Shown: positions 8,678 through 18,340 of the stretch, one piece after another
How positions within the stretch are numbered: the first letter of the stretch is position 1
How the letters are laid out: each line of letters begins with the position of its first letter
NCBI GenBank assembly: GCA_965215015.1
Contig: OZ244042.1
Span: forward strand, 384,001 to 448,000
Length of the DNA: 64,000 nucleotides
Reading direction: 5' to 3'
Source: Candidatus Poribacteria bacterium
GTDB lineage: Bacteria; Poribacteria; WGA-4E; PCPOR2b
Program-made: the position numbers and the translations under genes
The notes under the pieces: generated by a model
The model's input: only the letters and a program-made list of their open reading frames with translations
Told to the model about the DNA's origin: nothing
The model's database searches: none

Positions 8678-8701
8678 ATAATTTTTAGTTCTTAATTTGG
8701 C

Positions 8702-8747
8702 TTGACAACAGAGCGTTTTAGCCGCATAATAATTAATGGTCTGACCT
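8702..8747 (+). promoter_or_regulatory. Sigma70-type promoter with FadR-type operator
   Basis: TTGACA (8702-8707), 17 bp, CATAAT (8725-8730); palindrome TGGTCTGACCT (8737-8747) resembles the FadR-subfamily TGGTnnnACCA box. Confidence 0.7.
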
Positions 8748-8840
8748 TTGCGGAATAAGTTTAACTCAAAATTGAGAAATTGTAAAGCAAAATTTTCACT
8801 ATCCTACACTATGAAAGCCCAAAAACAAGAAAAATTGGCA

Positions 8841-9548
8841 ATGAAGGAGATGAAGCCCGATACTCGCACCTCCCTGAGTGATGGGATTGTAGAGCAGATG
8901 GTTGACCTTATTTCCCGGGACGTGCTGAAACCCGGGGACCGGTTGCCTTCTGAGAGGAAATTGTGTAAGCGATTGGGGGTAGGACGGAGTTCCTTAAGAG
9001 AAGCCCTGCGTTCGCTCGCTGTCATGGGGATTATAGACGGACGGGTTGGAGATGGCACCTTTGTTTCTAACAGTAACCAGCGGTATCTAGAGAAAACGCT
9101 ACAGTGGGGGTTGCTGCTTGACCGTAAAAAGGTCCAAGACCTTATCGAAACCCGGCTCATGCTAGAATCCCAGACAGCGTTTTTGGCTGCTCAGCGAGTT
9201 ACAGCGGAAAATATTGAGGCAATCGAGGAAACCTTGCGGGGGATGGAAGCATCGATCGAGCAGCCTGAAAAATACTTAGAATTTGATTTACAGTTTCACC
9301 TGACCATTGCACGCGCAACGCAAAATTCGATACTCTATAGCCTCCTGAGCATGATACGGGGTTATCTACAAGAGTGGATCAAAGGAAGTCTCACTGAGCC
9401 GTCAACAACTCAAACGGAGACGCGGGCGAAATTGTCTTTACAAGAGCACCAGAAAATTCTCCATGCCCTCCGAAAGGGAGAAGCGGGGCAGGCGCAACAG
9501 GCGATGACAGAACATATTCTCTCCAGTAGCGTTGATCTTCAGAGGTGA
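8841..9548 (+). CDS. FadR/GntR-family transcriptional regulator
   Basis: wHTH LKPGDRLPSERKL...GVGRSSLREAL...GDGTFV and FCD domain DLQFH...N...EH. Start codon uncertain (8811, 8841 or 8850). Confidence 0.93.
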   Translation: MKEMKPDTRTSLSDGIVEQMVDLISRDVLKPGDRLPSERKLCKRLGVGRSSLREALRSLAVMGIIDGRVGDGTFVSNSNQRYLEKTLQWGLLLDRKKVQDLIETRLMLESQTAFLAAQRVTAENIEAIEETLRGMEASIEQPEKYLEFDLQFHLTIARATQNSILYSLLSMIRGYLQEWIKGSLTEPSTTQTETRAKLSLQEHQKILHALRKGEAGQAQQAMTEHILSSSVDLQR

Positions 9549-9772
9549 TGGCATTCTCTTTGACAAGTGATTTCAGAGGTCCTATAACTATTTTGGTTTG
9601 TCAAATGTTTTGGAAATTCCCGCCGCAATAGACTAGTGCCAAATACCTGAATGTGATGAAAGCACAGCTTTCGCTTGCATAAAATCAAGCAAGTCCCACC
9701 CATTTTTTCTACATAGCACAAGTTGCCCTCTATCTTAGAGAAGCCGGGTTTCTCATTCACCTTTAGACTTTT

Positions 9773-9905
9773 GCACTTGAGTTTGTAGTCGCGCAATTCA
9801 TTGCGCGTCTTTAAGGGAGTCGGCATACGCCGTATGCCATCCCTCTTCCCCCGCTAAGCCCCCGCGTTCTTCCCCCTCCGCTTGCGGGGGGACTGAGGGG
9901 GGTTC
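9773..9905. repeat. Family B / GTAG-REP-like element, partial copy
   Basis: GCACTTGAGTTTGTAGTCGCGCAATTCATTGCGCGTCTTTAAGGGAGTCGGCATACGCCGTATGCC is nearly identical to the 8425 and 29146 copies; followed by GC-rich hairpins. Confidence 0.8.
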
Positions 9906-10093
9906 TTGCGATGAAGATGAGACTACTTTTGAAGATGCTGCATCCCAAACAGTTATACAAATCCCCAAAGAATTGCTTCCTATCGTTCGTGAGCTTCTAG
10001 GCTAAACATTTAGGTTGAGTCAGCACGTGCCAACCGGATGGAGCCTACAAACTCCCCCACTGCCACAGATTAGACTGAGAACGCACCACGCTG

Positions 10094-10810
10094 TCAACCC
10101 GTCACCCGCCGAAAGTAATCCTCAAGTCCACCCCTGGGCGTGAATCCAAGAATCCGTTTCGCTTTCTCAACCTGATATTTTCCCTGCGCGAAATAGCTCA
10201 GTAGATTGAAGGATTGGAAATTACCCGGAACAGATTCAATCTCTAATGCCAAACGGCAGGCGTGTTGCAAGTCTTCCCACACCACCGTGAAGGGCGGAAA
10301 GTCACCCTGAGTGACAGCTTCTGTCGGCTTCGGACCGAGACCGTTAAAGAGAAAACAGACTGTTTGGATATCGTATGTTCGCGAGAAAATTTCGCATATC
10401 TCCATACTAAGGTACTTGGTAATTCCGTAATAGCCGACACCCGGTGCTAACGGCACATCGTCAATGTCAAATTCGTGGTCGTATGCGTGACGAATTGATT
10501 GGGGCCCGGTGTGAACTACCTTTTTGATGCCGAGTGCGGCTGCGGCTTTCATCACGTGATATGCCCCCTTCGTACTCACCTCAAAACTCACCACCGGATC
10601 ATCGCGAAGGACGGTAAAATTCATGAGGGCATCCATCCCGCGGCACGCCTCCAACACAGCCGGATATGAGGTTACGTCAACATTGATAATTGGCTTTCCG
10701 TCTGGATGGGGCACAATATCCGAGAGATATAAATCGTAATCTTTCTCCAAATCTGGCGTGACGTAAGGGGCGATATTGCCAGACGCGCCCAGCACAAGCA
10801 CTTTTTTCAT
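10094..10810 (-). CDS. NAD-dependent epimerase/dehydratase-family oxidoreductase (uronate dehydrogenase-like)
   Basis: VLVLGASGNIA Rossmann motif and catalytic YGITK. Confidence 0.85.
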   Translation of the reverse strand: MKKVLVLGASGNIAPYVTPDLEKDYDLYLSDIVPHPDGKPIINVDVTSYPAVLEACRGMDALMNFTVLRDDPVVSFEVSTKGAYHVMKAAAALGIKKVVHTGPQSIRHAYDHEFDIDDVPLAPGVGYYGITKYLSMEICEIFSRTYDIQTVCFLFNGLGPKPTEAVTQGDFPPFTVVWEDLQHACRLALEIESVPGNFQSFNLLSYFAQGKYQVEKAKRILGFTPRGGLEDYFRRVTG

Positions 10811-10871
10811 GGTTGAATTCTCCTATGCGTGAACGGTAAAACGTAAAATATGATTGCGTAGACGAGCACCT

Positions 10872-11642
10872 TCATTCGCTCTGCCCAGATGGGGCGGCAG
10901 TTTTCAGATAGAGACTCTGAAAATCGTGAACAGGTTGATATCCGACCCCTCGTGCTTGATCAATTAGGAACTTGGGATTGGGAATATCCGCACAGATATG
11001 ATAAGTCGCCCACCGTTGCGTCCACCATGCACTGTTGCTACTGTCGCGATTCAAAACACAGCGGAATGCACCCGCGGCATCGCGGATATCGAGCCACGCC
11101 AGGTTGGGGGCTTCTCCTTGAACGGCTTCCTCAAGTACCAATTCTCCCAACCGTAACCCTGTCACCGTAACGAGGTGCTCCCGCGCAAACTCGCGGGCGG
11201 TCAGCTCACCCAAATACTTTGTCATCTCCACAATTTCCGGCGATGGGAGGGGCTTCCAAAGCTCGGTGATATACACATCGTCAGTGTAGGCATTGAAAAT
11301 AGATAAGGTGCTCGCATAGATAAGTTTCTTTATCCCCGCTTCAACCGCCGCGCTAAAGAGGACGTGTGTACCTCGCGTCGCCAAGTCAAGCAGCATCTGC
11401 TCGCGTTTTAATTGATCAGACGGCAAGTCAGTCGGCGGCTCGCCGGTATGGATCAAGGTATCGATTCCCCGAACCGCCTCCCACGAATCATCAGGATCCA
11501 AGATGTTCCCCTGAATAAAGCCGCAGCCCTCTGCTACGTCAACCGGTACACTGTCCATAAAGCGAATACTATGGTCATCCTTTAGTTCAGTTGCTATTGC
11601 TTGTGCTAGTTGACTGGATGCACCGGTGATAAGAATGTTCAT
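10872..11642 (-). CDS. NAD-dependent epimerase/dehydratase-family protein lacking the catalytic Tyr
   Basis: ILITGASSQLA, GIKKLIYAST; the YxxxK position reads VEMTK. Confidence 0.8.
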   Translation of the reverse strand: MNILITGASSQLAQAIATELKDDHSIRFMDSVPVDVAEGCGFIQGNILDPDDSWEAVRGIDTLIHTGEPPTDLPSDQLKREQMLLDLATRGTHVLFSAAVEAGIKKLIYASTLSIFNAYTDDVYITELWKPLPSPEIVEMTKYLGELTAREFAREHLVTVTGLRLGELVLEEAVQGEAPNLAWLDIRDAAGAFRCVLNRDSSNSAWWTQRWATYHICADIPNPKFLIDQARGVGYQPVHDFQSLYLKTAAPSGQSE

Positions 11643-11734
11643 CGGGTTACCTCCTTCGCATTTTCGTTCATCATATCAGAAAGCTTTGAACCTGTCAATT
11701 TTTTTCCTTCCCTCCACTGAAAGATGGTATAATG

Positions 11735-12165
11735 AATGAGGGGTGCTCATAAATAGCCCCTCGGTTGGGTTGAACGGATAAGCCCCAATCTCTACCCACA
11801 TCAACCGGTGTTCGGCGTGTCAGCGATAAGCATTTTGTAAAAAGTGTTAGATTTTGTTAGATTCTGTTAGGTTTGCCCAACGTTTAGCGGAGCGGGCCTA
11901 CTCCTGTTTCCCACTTTAGTAGGACCGGAGGTTGGGGCACAACTCCTGTTCACCCCAACTCCGTTCCGAGAGTCTGCGACCGACATGCTGTCAAATGTCA
12001 ACAGAACTTACCTAGGGAGTCAGGGGATCGCATGTAAATGAGGGGTGCTCATAAATAGGTTTTGATGTGTTTATCTCTTAACACCTCTCCAACCCCTTAC
12101 GATTGACCCAGGTGCCCTTGCCTGAACGCCGCTATAATGCGTCTCCAATTATGCACACCCCTCAT
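11735..12165. repeat. Repeat cluster with GAGGGGTG(CT/TG)CATAA ends (MITE-like family D)
   Basis: AATGAGGGGTGCTCATAAATAG at 11735-11756 and 12037-12058; inverted TTATGCACACCCCTCAT at about 12149-12165. Confidence 0.6.
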
Positions 12166-12246
12166 AATAAATAGGGGAAGGTGTGCACCGCGGTTACACC
12201 GCCCGATGCCAATGGAGTGCTGTCAATATTAAGAAAGGATAGTCCC

Positions 12247-14577
12247 TTGCAAAACGGTCAGTATCGCCAAATCAAGAGAGTTGCTGTAGTTGGGGCAGGG
12301 ACAATGGGATCTCAGATCGCCGCCCATATTGCCAACGTCGGGATACCGTGCGATTTGCTAGATATCCCGCCCACGAAACTGACCGTGGAAGAGCGTGCCA
12401 GGCACTTGACGATCGATAGCCTCGCTGTGCGGAATCGAATCTCGCAATCGGCTTTGGATCGGATGAAAAGTGTGAAAACTCGCTCGCCGTTTTATACCCC
12501 CGATGCAGCGGAGTTGATTCGTAGCGGCAACTTTCACGACCACGTCGAATGGCTGGCGGAGGCAGACTGGATTATCGAGGCTGTGGTCGAAAACTTGGAG
12601 GTCAAGAAACAGGTCCATGCGCGGATTGATCAGCATCGCAGGCGCGGCACACTTGTGACCTCCAACACCTCCGGCATTTCAATTCGCGCCATCGCTGAAG
12701 ACCTCTCGGAGGATTATCAGGAGTGCTTTCTCGGCACACATTTCTTCAATCCACCGCGCTATATGTACCTAATCGAGCTCATTCCGACGGCTGCAACTCG
12801 CCCGGATCTGGTCGAATTCATCTCTGATTTTGCGGAATACACCCTTGGTAAAGGGATTGTCCGTTGTAAAGATACGCCGAACTTTATCGCTAACCGGATC
12901 GGCATTTTCTCAATTCTGCATACCATTCACCTGATGCTTGAAGAGGAGTATACCATCGACGAGGTGGATGCGATTACGGGCCCGCCGATGGGACGTCCTC
13001 GAAGTGCGACCTTCCGTTTGGGCGACATCATCGGGCTTGACGTTCTTGTAGATGTGGCGACCAATGTCTACGAGAATGCAACCAACGATGAGGAACGCGA
13101 GGTCTTTCAGGTTCCCGATTTTATTTTTTCGATGGTTGAAAAGGGTTGGCTCGGTGAAAAAACGGGGGGCGGCTTCTATCAAAGGCGCCGTGGCGAAAAC
13201 GGCAGCGAGATCTGGACGTTAGACTACAATACGCTTGAATATGTACCCCGTTCAGAGGTCCGATTTGATTCGATTCACGAAATCAGACGAATTGCCGACG
13301 CAGGAGAACGGTTGAAGCGACTCATTGACAGCGATGACCGTGCAGGTCAGTTCGCGTGGAAATGCCTCAACCATACGATGCGCTATGCGGCATCACGCAT
13401 CCCCGAAATCGCCGATAATCTGAGGAGTATTGACAACGTGATGAAATGGGGATTTAACTGGGAGCTTGGGATTTTTGAGGCATGGAACGCAATCGGTGTG
13501 CCAGAATCCGTTGAGCGGATGAAATCAGAGGACCACGTCATACCGTCATTCGTCGCAAAACTAGTGGATTCGGGAAGTACCTTATTTTACCAAACATCGT
13601 CCAAAAGTAAGCCTATGAAATCCAATGCAGACGCCAGCCTCATCGACATGGGCGAGGGCGTCCTATGTCTCGAATTTCACAGCAAGATGAACACGATTGA
13701 TAACCCAAGCATTGAGATGATGTTTGAAGCCCTTGATGAGGTGGAATGCAATTTTGAGGGGTTGGTCATCGGGAATCACGCGGACAACTTCTCCGTTGGT
13801 GCCAACCTCGCTCTGATGCTTGAGCGGGCCCGGAACGGAGATTGGAAGACACTTGAGACGATGATCTCCGCTTACCAAAGGGCAAACATGAAATTCAGAC
13901 TTTCACCCAAGCCGGTGGTCGCCGCCCCTGCTGGTATGACCTTGGGTGGTGGATGCGAAATCGCATTCGGGGCAGATTCCATCTGCGCTGCTGCCGAAAC
14001 TTACATCGGTCTGGTTGAGACGGGTGTTGGACTTATCCCCGCTGCAGGCGGTGTAAAAGAGATGGCAATCCGCTGCCTAGAGGGGGTTCCCTTGGATGAG
14101 GACGTTGAACCGTTTCCACACGTTAAGCGTGCCTTTGAAACTATCGCCTATGCCAAAGTATCTGAGAGTGCTGCACACGCAAAGATACTCGGCTATCTCC
14201 GCGATGCAGACACTATTTCAATTAATCGAGCGCATCAACTTCACAATGCCAAGCAGCTAGCACTAGCGATGGCAGCAGATGGGTATCAGGTACCTCAACC
14301 GAGACAGGTATTTGTGCTGGGCGGGACGGGACTTGACCGCTTGAGATTAGAGATTAATCTTGCGCGCCGCACCGGGCATCTCAGTGACCACGATGTGAAA
14401 ATCTTGAATCAACTCGCGTATGTCCTCTGTGGTGGGGCACCTTCCACTCCGCAATTTGTATCCGAGGACTATCTCCTTGAACTGGAACGCGAAGCATTTC
14501 TCGGACTCTGCGGTGAGGAAAAAACACATCAACGGATTGAGTACACCCTCAAGACAGGCAAGCCGTTGAAGAATTAG
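12247..14577 (+). CDS. fadN: 3-hydroxyacyl-CoA dehydrogenase / enoyl-CoA hydratase fusion (FadN-like)
   Basis: VVGAGTMG, SNTSG, GTHFFNPPRYM and DTPNFIANRIG; crotonase domain FSVGANL, LGGGCE; C-terminal GKPLKN. TTG start after AAGGA chosen. Confidence 0.92.
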   Translation: MQNGQYRQIKRVAVVGAGTMGSQIAAHIANVGIPCDLLDIPPTKLTVEERARHLTIDSLAVRNRISQSALDRMKSVKTRSPFYTPDAAELIRSGNFHDHVEWLAEADWIIEAVVENLEVKKQVHARIDQHRRRGTLVTSNTSGISIRAIAEDLSEDYQECFLGTHFFNPPRYMYLIELIPTAATRPDLVEFISDFAEYTLGKGIVRCKDTPNFIANRIGIFSILHTIHLMLEEEYTIDEVDAITGPPMGRPRSATFRLGDIIGLDVLVDVATNVYENATNDEEREVFQVPDFIFSMVEKGWLGEKTGGGFYQRRRGENGSEIWTLDYNTLEYVPRSEVRFDSIHEIRRIADAGERLKRLIDSDDRAGQFAWKCLNHTMRYAASRIPEIADNLRSIDNVMKWGFNWELGIFEAWNAIGVPESVERMKSEDHVIPSFVAKLVDSGSTLFYQTSSKSKPMKSNADASLIDMGEGVLCLEFHSKMNTIDNPSIEMMFEALDEVECNFEGLVIGNHADNFSVGANLALMLERARNGDWKTLETMISAYQRANMKFRLSPKPVVAAPAGMTLGGGCEIAFGADSICAAAETYIGLVETGVGLIPAAGGVKEMAIRCLEGVPLDEDVEPFPHVKRAFETIAYAKVSESAAHAKILGYLRDADTISINRAHQLHNAKQLALAMAADGYQVPQPRQVFVLGGTGLDRLRLEINLARRTGHLSDHDVKILNQLAYVLCGGAPSTPQFVSEDYLLELEREAFLGLCGEEKTHQRIEYTLKTGKPLKN

Positions 14578-14600
14578 ATGTAAACTCAGGTCGTTATCTT

Positions 14601-15443
14601 ATGAAATTTGGTGAACTTGAACTTTTTGTAATAAGCGATGGCACATTCCGGTTGGACGGAGGTGCCATGTTCGGTACGATACCGAAGGTGCTGTGGGAGC
14701 GCACCAATCCTGCTGATGAGCGTAACCGAATCCTCATGGGACTAAACTGCCTGTTGATTCGGACAGCCACAGAGAACATTCTGGTCGATACCGGACTCGG
14801 CACTGCCTACGATGAAAAATTCGCCTTTCTGTATGACGTCGACAAATCGCAGACAGAATTGCTGAGAAGCCTCGCGGCGGCAGGGGTACAAGCGGCGGAT
14901 ATCAGCAAAGTCATTTTAACACATCTGCATTTCGACCACGCAGGCGGCAATTGCTTTCGAGCGGGGGAGGGAGAATTCAAACCCACATTTCCGAACGCCC
15001 TCTATTACATAAATCAGGGTGAATTGGCATATGCAAAAAAACCTGACCCGCGCAGCAAACCCAGTTATCTCCCACACACTTGGAAGCCACTTGAAAAGCG
15101 AGGACAGATTGCTCTCGTCTCCGGGGACGAGGAAGTTGCCCCCGGCGTGGCAATACTGTCTGCATCGGGACATACACCAAACCATCAGATTGTTACGGCG
15201 CGATCGGGCGGGAGGACTGCGTGTTTTCTGGCAGACTTAGTGCCAACACCTTCGCACCTGAAAACGCATTATGTCATGGGATTTGATCTCGATCCTTTGA
15301 CTGCAATGGAAAATAAGGAACGGGTGTTGAAACAGGCACAATCGGAAAACTGGCTACTCATTTTTGAACATTCGTCGGATATCAAAGCGGGTTACTTGAC
15401 CGAGAATCTGAAGATTGAACCGGTCGAGCTCGCCACCCTGTGA
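14601..15443 (+). CDS. MBL-fold metallo-hydrolase (YtnP-like)
   Basis: LDGGAMFG, THLHFDHAGG, GHT. Confidence 0.9.
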   Translation: MKFGELELFVISDGTFRLDGGAMFGTIPKVLWERTNPADERNRILMGLNCLLIRTATENILVDTGLGTAYDEKFAFLYDVDKSQTELLRSLAAAGVQAADISKVILTHLHFDHAGGNCFRAGEGEFKPTFPNALYYINQGELAYAKKPDPRSKPSYLPHTWKPLEKRGQIALVSGDEEVAPGVAILSASGHTPNHQIVTARSGGRTACFLADLVPTPSHLKTHYVMGFDLDPLTAMENKERVLKQAQSENWLLIFEHSSDIKAGYLTENLKIEPVELATL

Positions 15444-15515
15444 GGAAAATGTGATATCCGATACTATCGAATCACAAACCGGACCGATTCACAGTCGAAA
15501 GGAAAGAAACAGAAA

Positions 15516-16895
15516 ATGGTAGATAAAAGATATCTTCTCACTGACGATCAGATGCGGCACTTCATTGTTAATGGTTATGTAATCGTCAACACAGATCTCC
15601 CAGCGAACTTTCACGATTTTATTTACGAACAGACCGAAACAGTCTTTGAAAAGGAAGGCAATCCGGGGAATAACCTATTGCCTCGAATCCCTGAGATTCA
15701 AACGGTCTTTGATGATCAGTGGGTTATTGGTGGGTTGACCAGTGTTTTGGGCGAGGATTATTATATGCAGCCCCATCGCCATCCCCACTTTAATCAACCA
15801 AAGAGTGAAGGGCAGCGGATGCACCAAGATGGTGGCAGGCGATGGTCGCATCACACTCGCAGACTGTTGGTCTTCTACTATCCACAGGATACGCCTTTAG
15901 AACTTGGTCCCACCGGAATCGTTCCGGGGAGCCACTACTATAATACCCCTGACGGTGTAACAGTCAGCGACGAACTCCCAGTCTGCGGCAAAGCCGGCAC
16001 GGTGGCGATTGTGAACTATGATCTTTGGCACCGCGGCATGCCGAACCGTACCGACAAGAACCGTTACATGATGAAATTCCTCTTTGCCCGCATGTCAGAA
16101 CCGCAATCGCCTTCATGGAACAGTGAAAAGGTAGAGTGGGACCAAAGTAAGATTGGTAATGGTATCCATCAAAGGATGTTCCAGCACGTTTGGGACTGGC
16201 ATTATGGGAGAACTAACGGGGATATGCCAAGTAAGAGGCGACCTATGGAATCTGTATCAAAATTGATGAAAGCTATCGGAGATAATTCTGAGTCCATAGG
16301 CCTCGGTGCTGCTTATGCGTTGAGCGAATTTGGGGGGGCAGTTGCCCCTATGTTGATGGAAGCGTTTGAGGATGAATCGGAGACGATACGCCGCAATGCG
16401 TATTATGCGTTGAATGCGATAGGCCTACCTGCGGTTGACCCACTCATCGGGCGGTTGAAGCATCTAAATTCGCAGGTGCGTGAGACCGCCGCAGAGGCGT
16501 TGGGAGATATTGGCCATCCTGCACAAGCCGCCATCCCAGAATTAGCGAAAGCATTGGAGGATGAATCGGAGAGGGTTCGTGCCCGTGCGGCGGAAGCGTT
16601 GGGCACAATCGGTCAACAGGAGTCAACAGCCATTCCCGCATTAAGTGCAGCATTGCGGGATGAGGATGAACGGGTTCGGCGCGAGGTCATCCTTGCATTG
16701 GCGCGGATTGGGTCCCACGCAACGGATGCCGTTGACGCGTTGGGAGGAATGTTTTCGGATGAAAACCGGTATGTGCGCGGAGATGCGGTTCATGCCTTGT
16801 ATCGCATCGGCACGCCGGGAGCAAAGGAGATTTTACTTCGTTTTCTAATCAGGACTCGATGGTGCCCCCTAACTAGTCGAGAAAGCACGCATTAG
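15516..16895 (+). CDS. PhyH-family dioxygenase fused to HEAT repeats
   Basis: HQD, GPTGIVPGSH, DLWH; C-terminal repeats such as LEDESERVRARAAEALGTIG. Confidence 0.88.
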   Translation: MVDKRYLLTDDQMRHFIVNGYVIVNTDLPANFHDFIYEQTETVFEKEGNPGNNLLPRIPEIQTVFDDQWVIGGLTSVLGEDYYMQPHRHPHFNQPKSEGQRMHQDGGRRWSHHTRRLLVFYYPQDTPLELGPTGIVPGSHYYNTPDGVTVSDELPVCGKAGTVAIVNYDLWHRGMPNRTDKNRYMMKFLFARMSEPQSPSWNSEKVEWDQSKIGNGIHQRMFQHVWDWHYGRTNGDMPSKRRPMESVSKLMKAIGDNSESIGLGAAYALSEFGGAVAPMLMEAFEDESETIRRNAYYALNAIGLPAVDPLIGRLKHLNSQVRETAAEALGDIGHPAQAAIPELAKALEDESERVRARAAEALGTIGQQESTAIPALSAALRDEDERVRREVILALARIGSHATDAVDALGGMFSDENRYVRGDAVHALYRIGTPGAKEILLRFLIRTRWCPLTSRESTH

Positions 16896-16909
16896 GTAAT
16901 GGTGCTCAC

Positions 16910-16938
16910 TATCTCTCTGCCATCGGTAGGGAGATAGC
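16910..16938. terminator. Stem-loop between convergent genes (possible terminator)
   Basis: CTATCTCTCTGCC-ATC-GGTAGGGAGATAG inverted repeat shortly after the stop at 16895; no clear U-tract. Confidence 0.4.
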
Positions 16939-17065
16939 GGGCCTTTGATGGTTGATGGAGTACTCTCAGGTGGAAGGGGTTAGCTGGGTTGGCAGGTAAG
17001 ATGAGCGGATCTTGAGGGGAATATTCATCAGTAGAATGGAACTGTTCCCTAGCGCGATTTTTGTG

Positions 17066-17794
17066 TCATTTGCCTTTTATCTCTTCCCACTTTTCTTCAT
17101 CTTCATCCTGAGAAACTTTTTTCTCATCATCGTCATTGTTCCGGCCTCTGCCACCACGACGGCCACCCCCTTCACGTTGGCGTCGAATTGCCTCTAGCTT
17201 CCGACGCCGTTCATCCGGTGAGGCGGTGCGTAACCACTCGCGCAACGAATCGCGGTCCCGATTTCCCCCACGCCTTTCGGCTCTTTGAGCCCGGCGTTCA
17301 TTATCAGAACCTTCTGTGGAAGCTGCAGCGCCCCCGCGTTGACCCGAGTTGTCCCCTGAACGACTTGAACCACTCAGAAACTGCATTGATTCCGCTTTGA
17401 GTGTTACGATGCTATTTGAGGCTTTGAGACTCACTTGATTCGCTTCGATATTTTCGATAATTGCGTTCCCAACCTTCTCACCCTTGGCTACATAGTAGAG
17501 TTGGCTAGATTTTCGTTCCATCACGAGGGCTTTTGCAACTGTCCCTTGGGTGCCAATCCATGTGGCAACCAATGCGTATTCCGGATCTCGGTTTGGCCTC
17601 TGCCAACCCAACGGGCGGAATAGGTTGTTTTCAACGATAACGCGATAGAAATTGCTAACACTTTCCCGTTCGTTAGCTTCCTTCCGATTCACGCGCTTTT
17701 CATCCTTTTCATCCTCTGCATATACAAGATGCGAGCCGAGGCACAACACGCTCATAGCACAATACATCAATAAAGCAGTGCACTGACGGTGCAT
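17066..17794 (-). CDS. Exported hypothetical protein with GspC/PilP-like domain and charged low-complexity tail
   Basis: N-terminal signal-like segment; NLFRP...YYVAKGEKVGNAIIENIEANQVSL pattern resembles the T2SS C homology region; R/G/E-rich C-terminus. Confidence 0.6.
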   Translation of the reverse strand: MHRQCTALLMYCAMSVLCLGSHLVYAEDEKDEKRVNRKEANERESVSNFYRVIVENNLFRPLGWQRPNRDPEYALVATWIGTQGTVAKALVMERKSSQLYYVAKGEKVGNAIIENIEANQVSLKASNSIVTLKAESMQFLSGSSRSGDNSGQRGGAAASTEGSDNERRAQRAERRGGNRDRDSLREWLRTASPDERRRKLEAIRRQREGGGRRGGRGRNNDDDEKKVSQDEDEEKWEEIKGK

Positions 17795-17998
17795 TTGAAT
17801 CTCCTCTCTGGTAATTGGGTCACCACACCTTACCTTTGCAACTGAATAGACATTTGTAGTGCCGATTTCAATCGTTGTTGGACGATACGGCAGACACTAA
17901 AAGCTTGTCCTTGAGTGAGGGGCGGGCCACTACAAACGCGAACTTCAAAATTAGGCAAGTTGACTTTGGTGAATTAAAAAGGTAAAATTTACCTTAAT

Positions 17999-18030
17999 CC
18001 TTAGACGCTGAACCCCTTAGACGCTGAACC
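17999..18030. repeat. 16-bp tandem duplication
   Basis: CCTTAGACGCTGAACC twice. Confidence 0.9.
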
Positions 18031-18340
18031 CCATCTTTTTGTTCAGAAAAATTTTTGTACTTGCTTTTTTTAAAGCTGCCAATTTCATAGGATTTTGAGA
18101 AGATATTGACACGGCTCCACCCAACCGATACTACAACTAGAGCGTAGTTCCAATCTAACACAGCAAGGACTCAGGTTCGACGCCTAAACAGAATTGGCAG
18201 CCTATATTCGGCAAATAAACCCCAACTGATTTTATGACGTCACAAAACCAGAATTGTAAAGTCTGTTGGAATGAGACGGTGGCAAAATTGAATGCCCTCA
18301 ATTTTGCTTCTCCAAACGACCAACATACAAGGAAATAACA

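Noticed and set aside
9539-9826. 95-aa minus-strand ORF
   Set aside because: It starts inside a repeat element and has no recognisable motif or RBS.
18138-18190. tRNA-like segment (GCGTAGTTC...AGGTTCGACGCCT)
   Set aside because: Only a T-loop-like motif is present; it is too short and lacks an anticodon arm and acceptor pairing.
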